A stretch of DNA of 64,000 nucleotides, from the NCBI GenBank assembly GCA_964474085.1, contig CAYYRJ010000002.1, positions 70,110 through 134,109 of the forward strand, written 5' to 3'. Below, piece by piece: positions 49,271 to 59,668 of this stretch. The notes below the pieces were generated by a model. It saw only the letters and a list, made by a program, of their open reading frames with translations, was not told where the DNA came from and did no database searches. The position numbers and the translations under genes were made by a program. Every line of letters begins with the position of its first letter. The first letter of the stretch is position 1. The stretch is from an uncultured Planctomycetales bacterium (GTDB taxonomy: Bacteria > Omnitrophota > Gorgyraeia > Zapsychrales > JANLHA01).

Positions 49271-50640
49271 GGCAGCAGGATATTTTCTTTCTGTGCAAAC
49301 TTATCAGCGTTTGCAAACATGACACCAATAAAAAACCACGTATACCAATTTGAAACCAAATAATAATTCATATTATCCGCACTGCAAACGACTGCATAGC
49401 TAATAACATATCCTAAAGTCAGGACGTATTCGCCACGTAAACTGCCTGTTAAAGATTTTAAACTCCTAGAAAAAGACCGTGCCAAACTCACCCAAATTCC
49501 GCAAAAAGCAGATAAACCCAAAAGGCCGGTTTCAAACATGATTTCGAGATACGTATTGTGCGCGCCGACTCCTTTATTGTCTGCAAAAGCAGAAAATGTC
49601 TGCGACATAGGGACAAAAGAAGCTAATCCATGCCCTTGAATAAGCTGCTTGGCAATGACCGGCAAACTGTCCATCCATAAACGCCACCGCCACGCAAAAG
49701 AATTAAGCCCGGTTGTTTGTGTCGTATCATTTCCGCTAAATAAATCGATCACCCGCGCTTGCATCGATGGAATCAATAGAGCTGCAAACGGCAAAACCAG
49801 GGTCATCATAAAAACTTTGCGGTCGACCAATAAGCCATAAATAAAAAAAATCAGCCAACAGGCGATCCACGCATTGCGCGTTTTTGTCAATAAAAGCATA
49901 AAAAAGAGATTAAACAAATATATTTTAAGGACATTCTTCCAAGAAGAAGAGACCGCAGCGTTATCTAAACGGACAAGAATAAATGCAATAACAATCATCA
50001 AAACCAAAAAAAAAGCAAAAATATTTGGATGCTGAAAACTGCCAAAAATCCGCTGAGCATTTCCACCGGAAACAATAAACTGATAATATCCCAACAATAC
50101 CGGAATAACAGACGCCGCCAACAAGCATTTAAGCCAATAGTAGCGATCTTGCAGTTTATGAATAAGCATAAACCCAAACAGCGCCATCGAAAAATAGGTC
50201 ACAAAATTCATAAAAAGACGAAACGCACGAAAAGGCTGTGGAGAATAAAAAATTGCACAAAAACAGATAAACAGAAACAGCAGCCAATAAAAAAGGAAGT
50301 TTGCGCCCCTCAAGGAAGACTTAGAGCTCACAAACATAAAACAGGCTAAAAGGATAACGACCATATTGATCCCCGCGCCTAAGCCCATTTGCTGATCGCC
50401 GCCTCGGGTCATTTCGATTAAAGGGTCAATGCTGGCACGAAATAATAAAATCAACATCAAAGCAATTTGCGGGCGAATAACCAACAGCAAAAAAAAGAAA
50501 CCTGTCATTGGCAATAAAAATAAAGCAACGAGCCCGCGATCAAAAACCAACGGAATAAAAGCAATGAGCAAAACTCCAAAAAGATAACTGATAACAAGAG
50601 TCGCAATAATCCTCAAATCAATGGCGCGAAACAACGTCAT
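49267..50640 (-). CDS. O-antigen ligase / Wzy-like polysaccharide polymerase (polytopic membrane protein)
   Basis: More than 10 predicted TM helices and a large periplasmic loop. The start is moved to an internal Met (MTLFRAIDLRII) because the track N-terminus overlaps the upstream GT4 by 235 nt and is not hydrophobic. Confidence 0.6.
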   Translation of the reverse strand: MTLFRAIDLRIIATLVISYLFGVLLIAFIPLVFDRGLVALFLLPMTGFFFLLLVIRPQIALMLILLFRASIDPLIEMTRGGDQQMGLGAGINMVVILLACFMFVSSKSSLRGANFLFYWLLFLFICFCAIFYSPQPFRAFRLFMNFVTYFSMALFGFMLIHKLQDRYYWLKCLLAASVIPVLLGYYQFIVSGGNAQRIFGSFQHPNIFAFFLVLMIVIAFILVRLDNAAVSSSWKNVLKIYLFNLFFMLLLTKTRNAWIACWLIFFIYGLLVDRKVFMMTLVLPFAALLIPSMQARVIDLFSGNDTTQTTGLNSFAWRWRLWMDSLPVIAKQLIQGHGLASFVPMSQTFSAFADNKGVGAHNTYLEIMFETGLLGLSAFCGIWVSLARSFSRSLKSLTGSLRGEYVLTLGYVISYAVVCSADNMNYYLVSNWYTWFFIGVMFANADKFAQKENILLP

Positions 50641-51772
50641 AAAGAGCCTCAAGGTCCTTGACTGTTTTGATAATATCAAACTTCTCCACGCACGTCTGAT
50701 GCCCTGCTTGACCGACGGACTGCCGCAAAATTTTATCCTGCAAAAGCTGATTGATCGCTTCTGTCCAGCCTGTCTCGACAAACGGGTCACGCAACATCCC
50801 GTTTTGACCATCTGCGATAAACTCGCTGTTGCACCCGACATCCTGCGAAACAACGACGGGGACTTTCATACTCATCGCCTCTAAGATTGCAATCGAATGC
50901 AACTCCAAAAACGACGGCAAAAGCATAATGTCGCTAACAGCCAATAACTGGCGGACGTCCGCATAAAACCCGATAAACTTGATATATTCTCCAAAATGTT
51001 TTGACTCCACAAAATCCTTATACTCCTTAAACAAAGGGCCATCGCCGGCGATGACAAAAATGGCGTTTGGATTAACTTTCTTGACAGACGAAGCGATTCG
51101 CAAAATCAAATCCACGTTTTTTTCGGGAGCGACTCGCACCGGCGTCAAAATAATCTGTGAGTCGCTGCGAATCCCCAACCGGGCGGTAATCGTGATCCGC
51201 TCATCGGGGCTGACCGTAAAGGGGGTCATCGGGATTCCGTTTTGTTGTTCAATGACACGATCGGCAGAGTACAACTTATGGGTAATCAAAAAGTCCCTGT
51301 TCTGCTTGGTCAGAACAATGACCCGATCAGAAATGTTTTTAAAAAACCGGATGAATTTATACTGATTATTAACCCCTCGCCGACGAGCAAAATCAGCGGG
51401 ATCACAATAACGAAAGTCATGAACGTGCTCAATAATCTTTTTGCCAGCAAGCTTTGCGGCAAGCGCACCCCAAATATGCCCGCTAAAATTGTGCGTATGC
51501 ACAACGTCAATCTTCTGGGACAAAAGGTACCACCAAATACGAAACACGATCAAAAACGAAGCGCCACTTTGAACGCGGTGCGGATTGCTAGCATATTTAA
51601 AAAGTTTAGCACCAGCTTTAACAAAATCGCGCTCAATCTCACCGCCGAATGAATAACCGACGTGCATTTGATATTTTTCTTTGTCTGCGGCGTTAATCAG
51701 GTTAAGCAAATTCGTCTCCGCCCCGCCGAGATTAAGGGTCTTGATGATATGGAGAACTTTTATTTTTGGCAT
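50618..51772 (-). CDS. glycosyltransferase family 4
   Basis: N-terminus ...HIIKTLNLGGAETNLLNL and C-terminus ...LLPSFLELHSIAILEAMSMKVPVVVS. Confidence 0.8.
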   Translation of the reverse strand: MPKIKVLHIIKTLNLGGAETNLLNLINAADKEKYQMHVGYSFGGEIERDFVKAGAKLFKYASNPHRVQSGASFLIVFRIWWYLLSQKIDVVHTHNFSGHIWGALAAKLAGKKIIEHVHDFRYCDPADFARRRGVNNQYKFIRFFKNISDRVIVLTKQNRDFLITHKLYSADRVIEQQNGIPMTPFTVSPDERITITARLGIRSDSQIILTPVRVAPEKNVDLILRIASSVKKVNPNAIFVIAGDGPLFKEYKDFVESKHFGEYIKFIGFYADVRQLLAVSDIMLLPSFLELHSIAILEAMSMKVPVVVSQDVGCNSEFIADGQNGMLRDPFVETGWTEAINQLLQDKILRQSVGQAGHQTCVEKFDIIKTVKDLEALYDVVSRH

Positions 51773-51815
51773 TAGCCCCTTCTCCCATTTTGATCACTTT
51801 GGCTAGAATATATTA

Positions 51816-52778
51816 TTAAATGAATTGATATTTTGTTAATGCCTTATCGCCTGTCTTTTTTAAGAGCTTGACTTTAACACCCTCTGCCAAATCACGACTT
51901 GCGGTAGGATTTGAAATCCCCGCGTTAGCCTGCAAATAATCACTTCGACTAAAAACAGCTTTTTTAAATCTAGCTTTTGCGTTCTGCAAGCGTGTCGCTG
52001 CAGATGGCACAACAGGATGAAATTCTTTGATAAAATTAACCACAGCTTCGTAAATAGCCTCAAGCATAAAATTGATAAATTCTGTCGCTGTTCCATTTTG
52101 GTCTGACTTTTGTAAAGCTTGGTAATATTGCGCCTGACGTTGACGGACTACAGACTCAATCGGAATATATTCAAAAATACCGCGATAGTTGTAAAGAATA
52201 ACCGATTGCCATAAACGACCAAGACGCCCGTTGCCGTCCATAAAGGGGTGAATACATTCGAATTCATAATGAAACACGCTAGACTTTATCAGTGGATGCA
52301 AATCTTTTTCCTCTCGTAAAAAAAGGAAAAGCTCGTTGACTAGCGTCGGGACTTGATCATGCGGGGGAGCCATATGAACAATCTTCTCGCCTGCCTTAAC
52401 GCCGACATTCTTAGTGCGCAGCTTTCCTGCCTGCGTCAGTAAATCAGTCATTAAGATATTGTGTGCTTCAAGCAAAGATTTTAGACTCATCGCATCATAT
52501 TGCGTGAGTTTTTCGTAAGCTTTGATCGTATTCTTTACTTCGAGGATATCTTTTGCGGGGCCCAAAACCTTTTTATTATTTATAATGTCTGTAACCTGCT
52601 CAATGGTCAAAGTATTGCCTTCGATGGCGAGACTAGATTGGATTGTGCGGATACGGTTATGCTTTCGCAATTCTGGTTGCGGAATCGGCTGTTGAAGCCC
52701 TTCGATCTTTCCTAATAATAACGTGATCTCGGCACAAAGATTTAAAATCGCACTTGTAATCTGAAATGGTGGTTTCAT
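51816..52778 (-). CDS. Fic/DOC-family protein (AMPylator-type fold)
   Basis: Fic motif HPFMDGNGRLGRL. Confidence 0.8.
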   Translation of the reverse strand: MKPPFQITSAILNLCAEITLLLGKIEGLQQPIPQPELRKHNRIRTIQSSLAIEGNTLTIEQVTDIINNKKVLGPAKDILEVKNTIKAYEKLTQYDAMSLKSLLEAHNILMTDLLTQAGKLRTKNVGVKAGEKIVHMAPPHDQVPTLVNELFLFLREEKDLHPLIKSSVFHYEFECIHPFMDGNGRLGRLWQSVILYNYRGIFEYIPIESVVRQRQAQYYQALQKSDQNGTATEFINFMLEAIYEAVVNFIKEFHPVVPSAATRLQNAKARFKKAVFSRSDYLQANAGISNPTASRDLAEGVKVKLLKKTGDKALTKYQFI

Positions 52779-52848
52779 ACAACGACCTCCCCTTGTAGCA
52801 CTACAATGATAGTATCATATGATAGTATCACTTGCAAATTCGCCTCGT

Positions 52849-52865
52849 ATCTTAATCACTTTTGC
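52849..52865. repeat. 17-bp direct repeat ATCTTAATCACTTTTGC (copy 1; copy 2 at 54874-54890)
   Basis: Exact 17-mer shared by two intergenic sites bracketing the small ORF and the second AbiE pair. Confidence 0.7.
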
Positions 52866-52901
52866 TTAGGATACCAGCGCTATTAAATTTCTTGAATAAG
52901 C

Positions 52902-53225
52902 TTACTTACCTGCTTTGGCATCCGGATCCCACATATCCCGATAGTCGCGCACATACTCTACGGCAGCATTTTGATCAATGTCATAATAATATCTGCAGAG
53001 TTTTCTATACAGCGCAAGCATACTCTGATCGCAACAAAAACCAAGCATCAAATCAAGGGTGTTTTCTATCCGGCGTTTGTCTCGACAACGGGAACTGACA
53101 ATTTCATCAACCTCACCTTCATATATAATCACAGCTTTTTTAATCAAAGCCTGAAAACTCTTTGCTAATTGCACTATTCCCTGATTTTTATTGCGTTTTA
53201 TATTCTTATTCTCTAAATTTTTCAT
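52902..53225 (-). CDS. hypothetical protein (107 aa)
   Basis: ORF only, basic N-terminus. No recognisable motif. Confidence 0.3.
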   Translation of the reverse strand: MKNLENKNIKRNKNQGIVQLAKSFQALIKKAVIIYEGEVDEIVSSRCRDKRRIENTLDLMLGFCCDQSMLALYRKLCRYYYDIDQNAAVEYVRDYRDMWDPDAKAGK

Positions 53226-53272
53226 CGGCTTATTGTTCCGTTTAAGTACGGAATTGAGATTGAAATTCTACA

Positions 53273-54162
53273 TTAGATACTGTTGATGTGCTCTTCAATG
53301 ACCCGCAATTCTTCTATGACGCGTTCAAACGTTGGAGACTCTTCAAAAAACATTTGTTGCATCTGACGATAATCTTTTTTTAATTGGCTTATTTGATCAT
53401 CGCGAGGCAATAGCCGTAAAGTTCCCGGCTTTGCAGTGTCATAATGCGCCCAGTTCGCTTTAAAAAATAAAGTTTTATGCTCCGCAACAGACTTAAGCAA
53501 TGGGATGCTTTTCAAAGCGCGTTTATAAATAGGCGAATCCGTCATCGCGTATATATCGTAATAATGCCGGGACATCCGTAGTGGTACATTTTTCTCAGAC
53601 GGATAATGATATATCATGTGCAAAATCGTCGCTTTCTCCCAAAAAGTCCGCTCTGCGGCTAAAACTCGCACGCAAGCCCCTTTGATGACCATCTGCTTTG
53701 AAACATTCGCGATATACGGAAAAATGGTTGCGGTTTCGACCGGCCAATGATCTGATCGCGCACCAAATTCAATTTTGACTGATGAGCGTACATAGCTCTG
53801 CACATTACTTGTCAGGGCATATTGCTTTCTTCTTTATTCGGCTCAATCTCTTTGGAATTCAACAAAAAAGGCCGCTCTATTGAAATGTCAATGTCCTCCG
53901 AAAAACGTTTGATCACGTTATAACACTTTGAGAGGGACGTCCCTCCTTTAAAGGTTAAATGCTCGCCTATTTGCGATAATGAAAAAAGAATTTTGAGTAT
54001 CCAGCAAATCCAAAAATCCTTTTCAACCAATTGCGGCAAGATACCAAGTTTACTGGCCATCGTATCGAAATAAGGAATTTTCTCTGAGACAGGCAAGACT
54101 GCAAATCGATCCATTATTCCACCATTCTTTTGAATATTGCGCCGATCCAGGCCGGAGCGCAT
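53273..54162 (-). pseudogene. second AbiEii/AbiGii-family nucleotidyltransferase, split into two frames at about 53803-53812
   Basis: The N-terminal ORF (53812-54162) contains [26 protein letters not shown]. The C-terminal ORF (53273-53803) continues the family in another frame. Confidence 0.6.
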
Positions 54163-54737
54163 GTAATATCCTTAAGAAGTTGTTTTTTGTCGGCATCACT
54201 CAACCGCGCTTTAAGCTTATCGACGATATCATCATCCACATTAACTTTTCCTAAATGGCGCAAAGCCTGAATGACTAAACCACTAATACGGCCCGCGGCC
54301 GCCATATTCTTGGGGGTCGTTCTTTTAAAGATGATGCGCTGGTTATATATAGTCAACTTCCGATTAGAACCATCCGTCAAAAAAATAATCTTGGCGGGAA
54401 CCTGATCGGTCAAACCTAGAAGATTGGCGGCATAAGCACCCGAGGGCTGAAGCCTTAACTTATGTTGTCCGGCAAACGCCTTACCAATTTGCTCATAATT
54501 TGGTACCAGATCTCCAAGCGTAGGATGGCGCTTAGGGTAGTCATAAAGTCCCAGAGAAAGCCGACGGATAGTCCCCTGCTTTGTTAACCTCTCAAGGGCT
54601 TTCCTCACGGCAGAATGACTCCCAAGGTCAAAAAATTGGTTTGGCGTAAATACCCAACCCCTCCCATGACCGTATATTCTACTAACAACAATATCATCAG
54701 TATGTTGCATACGATAGCCTCTACTATCCTGTCGCAA
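54114..54737 (-). CDS. AbiEi-family antitoxin (second copy)
   Basis: ...[40 protein letters not shown] is the typical AbiEi N-terminal domain. Confidence 0.6.
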   Translation of the reverse strand: MRQDSRGYRMQHTDDIVVSRIYGHGRGWVFTPNQFFDLGSHSAVRKALERLTKQGTIRRLSLGLYDYPKRHPTLGDLVPNYEQIGKAFAGQHKLRLQPSGAYAANLLGLTDQVPAKIIFLTDGSNRKLTIYNQRIIFKRTTPKNMAAAGRISGLVIQALRHLGKVNVDDDIVDKLKARLSDADKKQLLKDITCAPAWIGAIFKRMVE

Positions 54738-54873
54738 AAAGAATACATTATTTGCGACTATAAGTCAAGCTAATCAAACGACGGAAAGCTAACGGTTTAG
54801 CCTTATGTCAATATATGCCTAATAAATTTAGCTATATAGCGCCGTTATATCATTAAGATTTGCCCTATCCCGC

Positions 54874-54890
54874 ATCTTAATCACTTTTGC
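54874..54890. repeat. 17-bp direct repeat ATCTTAATCACTTTTGC (copy 2)
   Basis: See copy 1. Confidence 0.7.
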
Positions 54891-54919
54891 CGGGACGCCG
54901 CCGCAGATCGAATTTGGCT

Positions 54920-55828
54920 TTAATATCCGTAATCCTTTGTGATGTTACGCTTTATACACTTACCAATGAATCGTGGCCCAGAAAGCAATAATGTCAAACT
55001 TTTTAATCTATACGAATTTAATAATATAACGCTAATTACTTTCCCCAAGTCACCAGTTAGGACAAAAATATTTAACATCGATTCAACATGCTGCAATTGA
55101 TAGGCCCTTGGTAAATTTTGTATTTCTTTATAATATTTTTTTTCAATAGCTTCATGCCCAATGAGAATTGACCGCCTATTATTTGAAATGCGATTTGGGT
55201 CTTTTTTTCCTAAGTAATAATTAACTAACATCTCATCAACAAAGCCGAATTGGCAAATCTGGCTTAACCGAATATATAAATCCCAATCTTGACAGCTTTT
55301 TAACTTTTCATCCATGAATCCAACTTGAGAAATATTTTTAAATCGTACAATAACAGCAGATAATGAACCGACATAATTCTTTACCAACATCTTGTAAAAA
55401 ATATCTTCTCTAAGCTGGTTGAAAAATTCAAAAACTCGGCCATTATTTTCGTTAAAACACTTCTGCCCACAATACACTAGCCCGACACGAGGATCATTAA
55501 AGCGTAGCATTTGTTTTTCAAATTTGGTTGGCAACCATTCATCATCACTATCTAAAAAGGCAACAAATTCACCATTCGCAGCCTTTATTCCAGTATTACG
55601 CGCCGCGTTGCCTCCCTTATTGGTTTCGTGACGGATATAACGAATCCGCGGGTCGTTAAAATTCTTAACAACCTCCTGCGTATTATCCTTTGAGCAATCA
55701 TCAATAATAATGATTTCAAAGTCCTGATATGTTTGTGCGAGCACACTCTTGACCGCTCGCGGCAAAACATTGGCGCGGTTATAGGAAGGGACGATAACGC
55801 TGACTAACATATTCAACCTACCCTCCAA
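54920..55828 (-). CDS. glycosyltransferase family 2
   Basis: VSVIVPSYNRANVLPRAVKSVLAQTYQDFEIIIIDDCSKD. Confidence 0.85.
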   Translation of the reverse strand: MEGRLNMLVSVIVPSYNRANVLPRAVKSVLAQTYQDFEIIIIDDCSKDNTQEVVKNFNDPRIRYIRHETNKGGNAARNTGIKAANGEFVAFLDSDDEWLPTKFEKQMLRFNDPRVGLVYCGQKCFNENNGRVFEFFNQLREDIFYKMLVKNYVGSLSAVIVRFKNISQVGFMDEKLKSCQDWDLYIRLSQICQFGFVDEMLVNYYLGKKDPNRISNNRRSILIGHEAIEKKYYKEIQNLPRAYQLQHVESMLNIFVLTGDLGKVISVILLNSYRLKSLTLLLSGPRFIGKCIKRNITKDYGY

Positions 55829-56976
55829 ACATTTATAAGCTTCTTAACTTCAATTGATAAATTAAAATCTCGGAACACTTTTCGGTAAGCATGCTCACAA
55901 AATTCCTTACAACTCGAATCATTCTTCAAAATCTTTTCAATCTTTTCAACAAGCGCGTATACATCATCAACTTCAAACAAGAATCCGCTCACACCATCCT
56001 CTACTAACTCTGGAATTCCCGTAATGCGCGTAGCAATTACCGGGGTCCGAACCGCCATGGCTTCCATCAATGAAACAGGAATCCCCTCTGAACGACTCGT
56101 AAGGACCATAACTGAACTTTGCTTTAACAAACTGAATATCTCATCACTGGTCCTATATCCTAAAAACATGACTTTATCCGTTAATGAATTCTTGGTAATT
56201 AAATCAGCTAACCTCGCTCTCAATGAACCGTCGCCGACGATAATACATTTAAAATCAACTCGCTTACTTAATACAGCGCAAGCCTCTATAAGTTTATCCA
56301 AACCTTTTTCTGGCTCTAGTCGAGCAATACAGATAATTTGGTTTTTTACTTTTGGGACTTCTAAATTTGTTATTCTTGAAAAATTAATGCCACAGTGAAT
56401 AATATCGATCGTCTGTGGATCAACACCAAAATTTCTGACTAAGTAATCCTTGTTATACTGCGAAATCGTAATGTGTTTTATAGCCCTGCTGGATTTCAAA
56501 GCATAATTCGCAGGAGGTTGATCAAAAATATCAAAGCGATGCGTTGTAAATGTGTAGGGAATATCCGTTAACAGGTTAACCAACATCGCCATATCAGAAG
56601 GTTTAACACCAAAATGGGCATGTAAAACATCCGGCGAATCTTTAACTATCGCCCTAACATTATGCAAATTAAAAAAGAATAGCCCAGATATCCCATTTTT
56701 TCGATTTAACGCAACTGATAGTGTTTTGAAATATCGGACTGGCTGGTTAAAAATCCAAAATAGATGATCTGCTACAATACCCAATGATTTTTTTTCAGGA
56801 GAAAAATATTTTATCCTTTCCACACTCTTAATTTGCGAATGAGAAAAAACCTCGATTGATGGGGAAAACGCAAAAACTTGAACATCGATACCATTATTTT
56901 GTACTTCAATAATTTCATTGAGAATAAAAGTTTCAGAAATCTTTGGAAAAGTATTAAGAATATAGGTGGCTTTCAT
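55813..56976 (-). CDS. glycosyltransferase family 4
   Basis: ...LTSRSEGIPVSLMEAMAVRTPVIATRITGIPELV. Confidence 0.8.
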   Translation of the reverse strand: MKATYILNTFPKISETFILNEIIEVQNNGIDVQVFAFSPSIEVFSHSQIKSVERIKYFSPEKKSLGIVADHLFWIFNQPVRYFKTLSVALNRKNGISGLFFFNLHNVRAIVKDSPDVLHAHFGVKPSDMAMLVNLLTDIPYTFTTHRFDIFDQPPANYALKSSRAIKHITISQYNKDYLVRNFGVDPQTIDIIHCGINFSRITNLEVPKVKNQIICIARLEPEKGLDKLIEACAVLSKRVDFKCIIVGDGSLRARLADLITKNSLTDKVMFLGYRTSDEIFSLLKQSSVMVLTSRSEGIPVSLMEAMAVRTPVIATRITGIPELVEDGVSGFLFEVDDVYALVEKIEKILKNDSSCKEFCEHAYRKVFRDFNLSIEVKKLINVWRVG

Positions 56977-58241
56977 GCACTCACCATCATCACATCTCTT
57001 ATCATCTTTTCATTCAAAGATTCTTTCACTTTCAATGTATCGACACCCCGCTTCACCAAAGCTCGATATTTTTCAAGATTATTAGTGACCTCATTAAATC
57101 TTTCAATAAGGGCCTCCACCGAAAGTTGATCATAATTAATAACCAGCTGTTCTAAGCCCATCGGCCGCATTAACCCTATAGATTTTTTCTCATATCCAAT
57201 GGGGATAGCTACTGTTTCCGCAAGCATCGCTAAAATGCAGGAATGCATTCGCGTTCCCACGTGAAGACTTACTTTTCCATAAATTTTAGCAAGTTCTGCG
57301 GGTCTATATTCATTCGTAAAGATAAAGATATTTTCTTTTTTATAAACTTTCTCTTTTAGACAAAAGCCTTGGATACGATCATCCATGTGGTAACCGCCGA
57401 ATCCCGTACACGTTGAACATAAAATAATCTTTGCATTCTTCTTTTCAATCAACCAATTGACAAATGCGGTGAAAATCTCGAGATACTTTTCATTTTTTAA
57501 TTTACCTAAGGGCCAATCTCGAAGAGAAATGCTGACCGTTAATCCCTCGCTACCAAAAGGATCTCCTTCAGCAGCGATCTTCTGCTGTAAAACTAACCGT
57601 TCACGCTCATTCAAATCCAAACTCATTGCAAATGCAGCATCGGCGGTGACCACAATGGAAGGCTTGACGACTCCCAGCTCGGTCAAAACTCTTTTAGAGT
57701 CCTCATCACGAACAGAAATACTATCCAAACGGTTAAAAACAGCTTTAGCTAAGAATCTATTTCGTGCATGCTTAAATGGCCCTAAAGACTGCGCATAAAG
57801 AACGACCTTTTTCCCAAGAACTTTCGCTAACCATAAACCAAAGAGCCTGCCACGAAGATGCACTTCATAGTTATCGTTTAAATGGGCGCCGCCGACAGAA
57901 ATGACCAAATCTGCCTCAAAATAGAGTTTAAATTGATTTTGCTTATATCTACTTGAAATCCATTTGATAATTCTCCCCAAAATACTTAATCTCTTTGAAA
58001 GAATCAATACCATAAGAAAAAGGAATTTCTTCGAAAATAAAGGCATGCCCTCAAGAAAAACCTTTTCAGAAGGCAAACTATTTATGACTTTAACTGTTTG
58101 TGGTAAATAAGCTAAAACTGTTATTTTTGCCTCTGGGAAAACAGTCCTAAAGGTATTACGCATCCCGTCTAGGATAGCGGCATCACCTCTATTCGAAGAC
58201 GCATAAAAATCAACTATTAAAATATTCATATGGCGCATCAC
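56973..58241 (-). CDS. polysaccharide pyruvyl transferase (CsaB/WcaK-like)
   Basis: N-terminus NILIVDFYASSNRGDAAILDGM and GT-B-like length, typical of PS_pyruv_trans. Confidence 0.7.
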   Translation of the reverse strand: MMRHMNILIVDFYASSNRGDAAILDGMRNTFRTVFPEAKITVLAYLPQTVKVINSLPSEKVFLEGMPLFSKKFLFLMVLILSKRLSILGRIIKWISSRYKQNQFKLYFEADLVISVGGAHLNDNYEVHLRGRLFGLWLAKVLGKKVVLYAQSLGPFKHARNRFLAKAVFNRLDSISVRDEDSKRVLTELGVVKPSIVVTADAAFAMSLDLNERERLVLQQKIAAEGDPFGSEGLTVSISLRDWPLGKLKNEKYLEIFTAFVNWLIEKKNAKIILCSTCTGFGGYHMDDRIQGFCLKEKVYKKENIFIFTNEYRPAELAKIYGKVSLHVGTRMHSCILAMLAETVAIPIGYEKKSIGLMRPMGLEQLVINYDQLSVEALIERFNEVTNNLEKYRALVKRGVDTLKVKESLNEKMIRDVMMVSA

Positions 58242-59668
58242 ATCCTGAACTTCAAGTCCTTAAAATTTAAAATCTTAAGATAAAAAACGATAAGAATATA
58301 AACTGCCAACCCCACCGCGGTTTTGACGATAAGGTTCAAAACAAAAACGCTGCTAGAAAAGTTTATTAAATTCACAAATGACATCACGAAAATAAGAACG
58401 ATTGAAATTTTGATACTTTCTTGCAATGAGCTTAAGAATTCACGCATCCGCAACAATAGTAGGCGATTAGCAATCACATGTGAAACGCCCGTCACGAGAA
58501 TCGTGCGGATCGTATATGCCACCGCCACTCCCACAATGCCGTTTTTCAATCCAATAAGAATAGCAAGGACCGCCGAAGGCAAAGAAACAAATAATGTAAA
58601 TTTAAACTGAATATCGGCTCTTCCCAACGACTGATAAATGATGCCAACTGTGGTTCCTATTGATTGCACCATGCCGCAAAAAACTAAAATCTGAATCAAG
58701 GCAATTGTTGGTTCCCACTGAGAGCCATAAATGGCAAATATCAAATCTTTCGCCACAAAAAATAAAACCATCATTAACGGAACTGTAACAATTGCAATAT
58801 ATTTGATCATTTTTAAATAATTGACCTGAAGTTTTACAACATCATCCTGGATTGAAGCAAAGGCCGGAAACATAACCCTGGATATCGTCCACGATATATT
58901 CTGGAGCGGTAACAACATTAATTTATAAGCCAGCGAATAATAGCCCAAGGCCTGAGAACCTAAAAACTTACCAATTAACAATTGATCTACATTTCGAGCA
59001 AAATAATTCACCACCTGAAAGCCTGTCATATGGGCACTGTAGTTAAAAATCTCTTTAATCGCCTGACGAGAAAAAAGAAATTTGGGTCGCCACGAAGACA
59101 ACATCCACAAAAATACGCCATTTACAATGCTGAATACCAAAGATTGCGTCACTAAACTCCAGATACCCCAGCCCTGGCAAGCCATAGCAATACCGACGAT
59201 GCCCGCAACAACCACTGCAACAATATCTCTTATCATCAATGATTTAAAATTCATCTCCCGCGTCAAGATAGTCTGTTGAATAATTATAAAAGAGGAAAAG
59301 ATAAAATTGAAAGAGAGTATCTGCAGGACTGCGGTGAGTTCTGGCTTTTTATAAAATATCGATACGAGCGGAGCAGCCAGAATAAATAGCATTGTGAGAA
59401 TACCACCCACTAAGATATTTATCCAAAAAGCAGAAGACCAATGCTCTTCCCTTACATCTCGCTTTTGAATGAGTGCGCTACTAATGCCGAGATCGCCAAA
59501 AATCATTGCAAATCCTGTGAAAACCGTAGCCATAGTCACAACACCGAAATCTTCAGGAGATAAAAGCCTCGCCAGTATCGCAGTGATGACAAACTGGCTC
59601 ACCTGCTTTCCCCCCTGGGAGATGCCAGACCAAATTAATCCCAAAATTGTTTTATTTCGCAAATTCAT
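58238..59668 (-). CDS. Wzx-type polysaccharide flippase (MOP superfamily)
   Basis: About 475 aa with 12-14 TM helices, placed inside the polysaccharide cluster. The start is set at the internal Met (MNLRNKTILG) to avoid a 30-nt overlap. Confidence 0.7.
   Translation of the reverse strand: MNLRNKTILGLIWSGISQGGKQVSQFVITAILARLLSPEDFGVVTMATVFTGFAMIFGDLGISSALIQKRDVREEHWSSAFWINILVGGILTMLFILAAPLVSIFYKKPELTAVLQILSFNFIFSSFIIIQQTILTREMNFKSLMIRDIVAVVVAGIVGIAMACQGWGIWSLVTQSLVFSIVNGVFLWMLSSWRPKFLFSRQAIKEIFNYSAHMTGFQVVNYFARNVDQLLIGKFLGSQALGYYSLAYKLMLLPLQNISWTISRVMFPAFASIQDDVVKLQVNYLKMIKYIAIVTVPLMMVLFFVAKDLIFAIYGSQWEPTIALIQILVFCGMVQSIGTTVGIIYQSLGRADIQFKFTLFVSLPSAVLAILIGLKNGIVGVAVAYTIRTILVTGVSHVIANRLLLLRMREFLSSLQESIKISIVLIFVMSFVNLINFSSSVFVLNLIVKTAVGLAVYILIVFYLKILNFKDLKFRM

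Noticed and set aside
49267-50853. Full-length 528-aa version of the Wzy-like ORF
   Set aside because: The first 71 codons overlap the upstream GT4 gene by 235 nt and are Arg/Ser-rich and non-hydrophobic. The start is trimmed to the Met at 50640.
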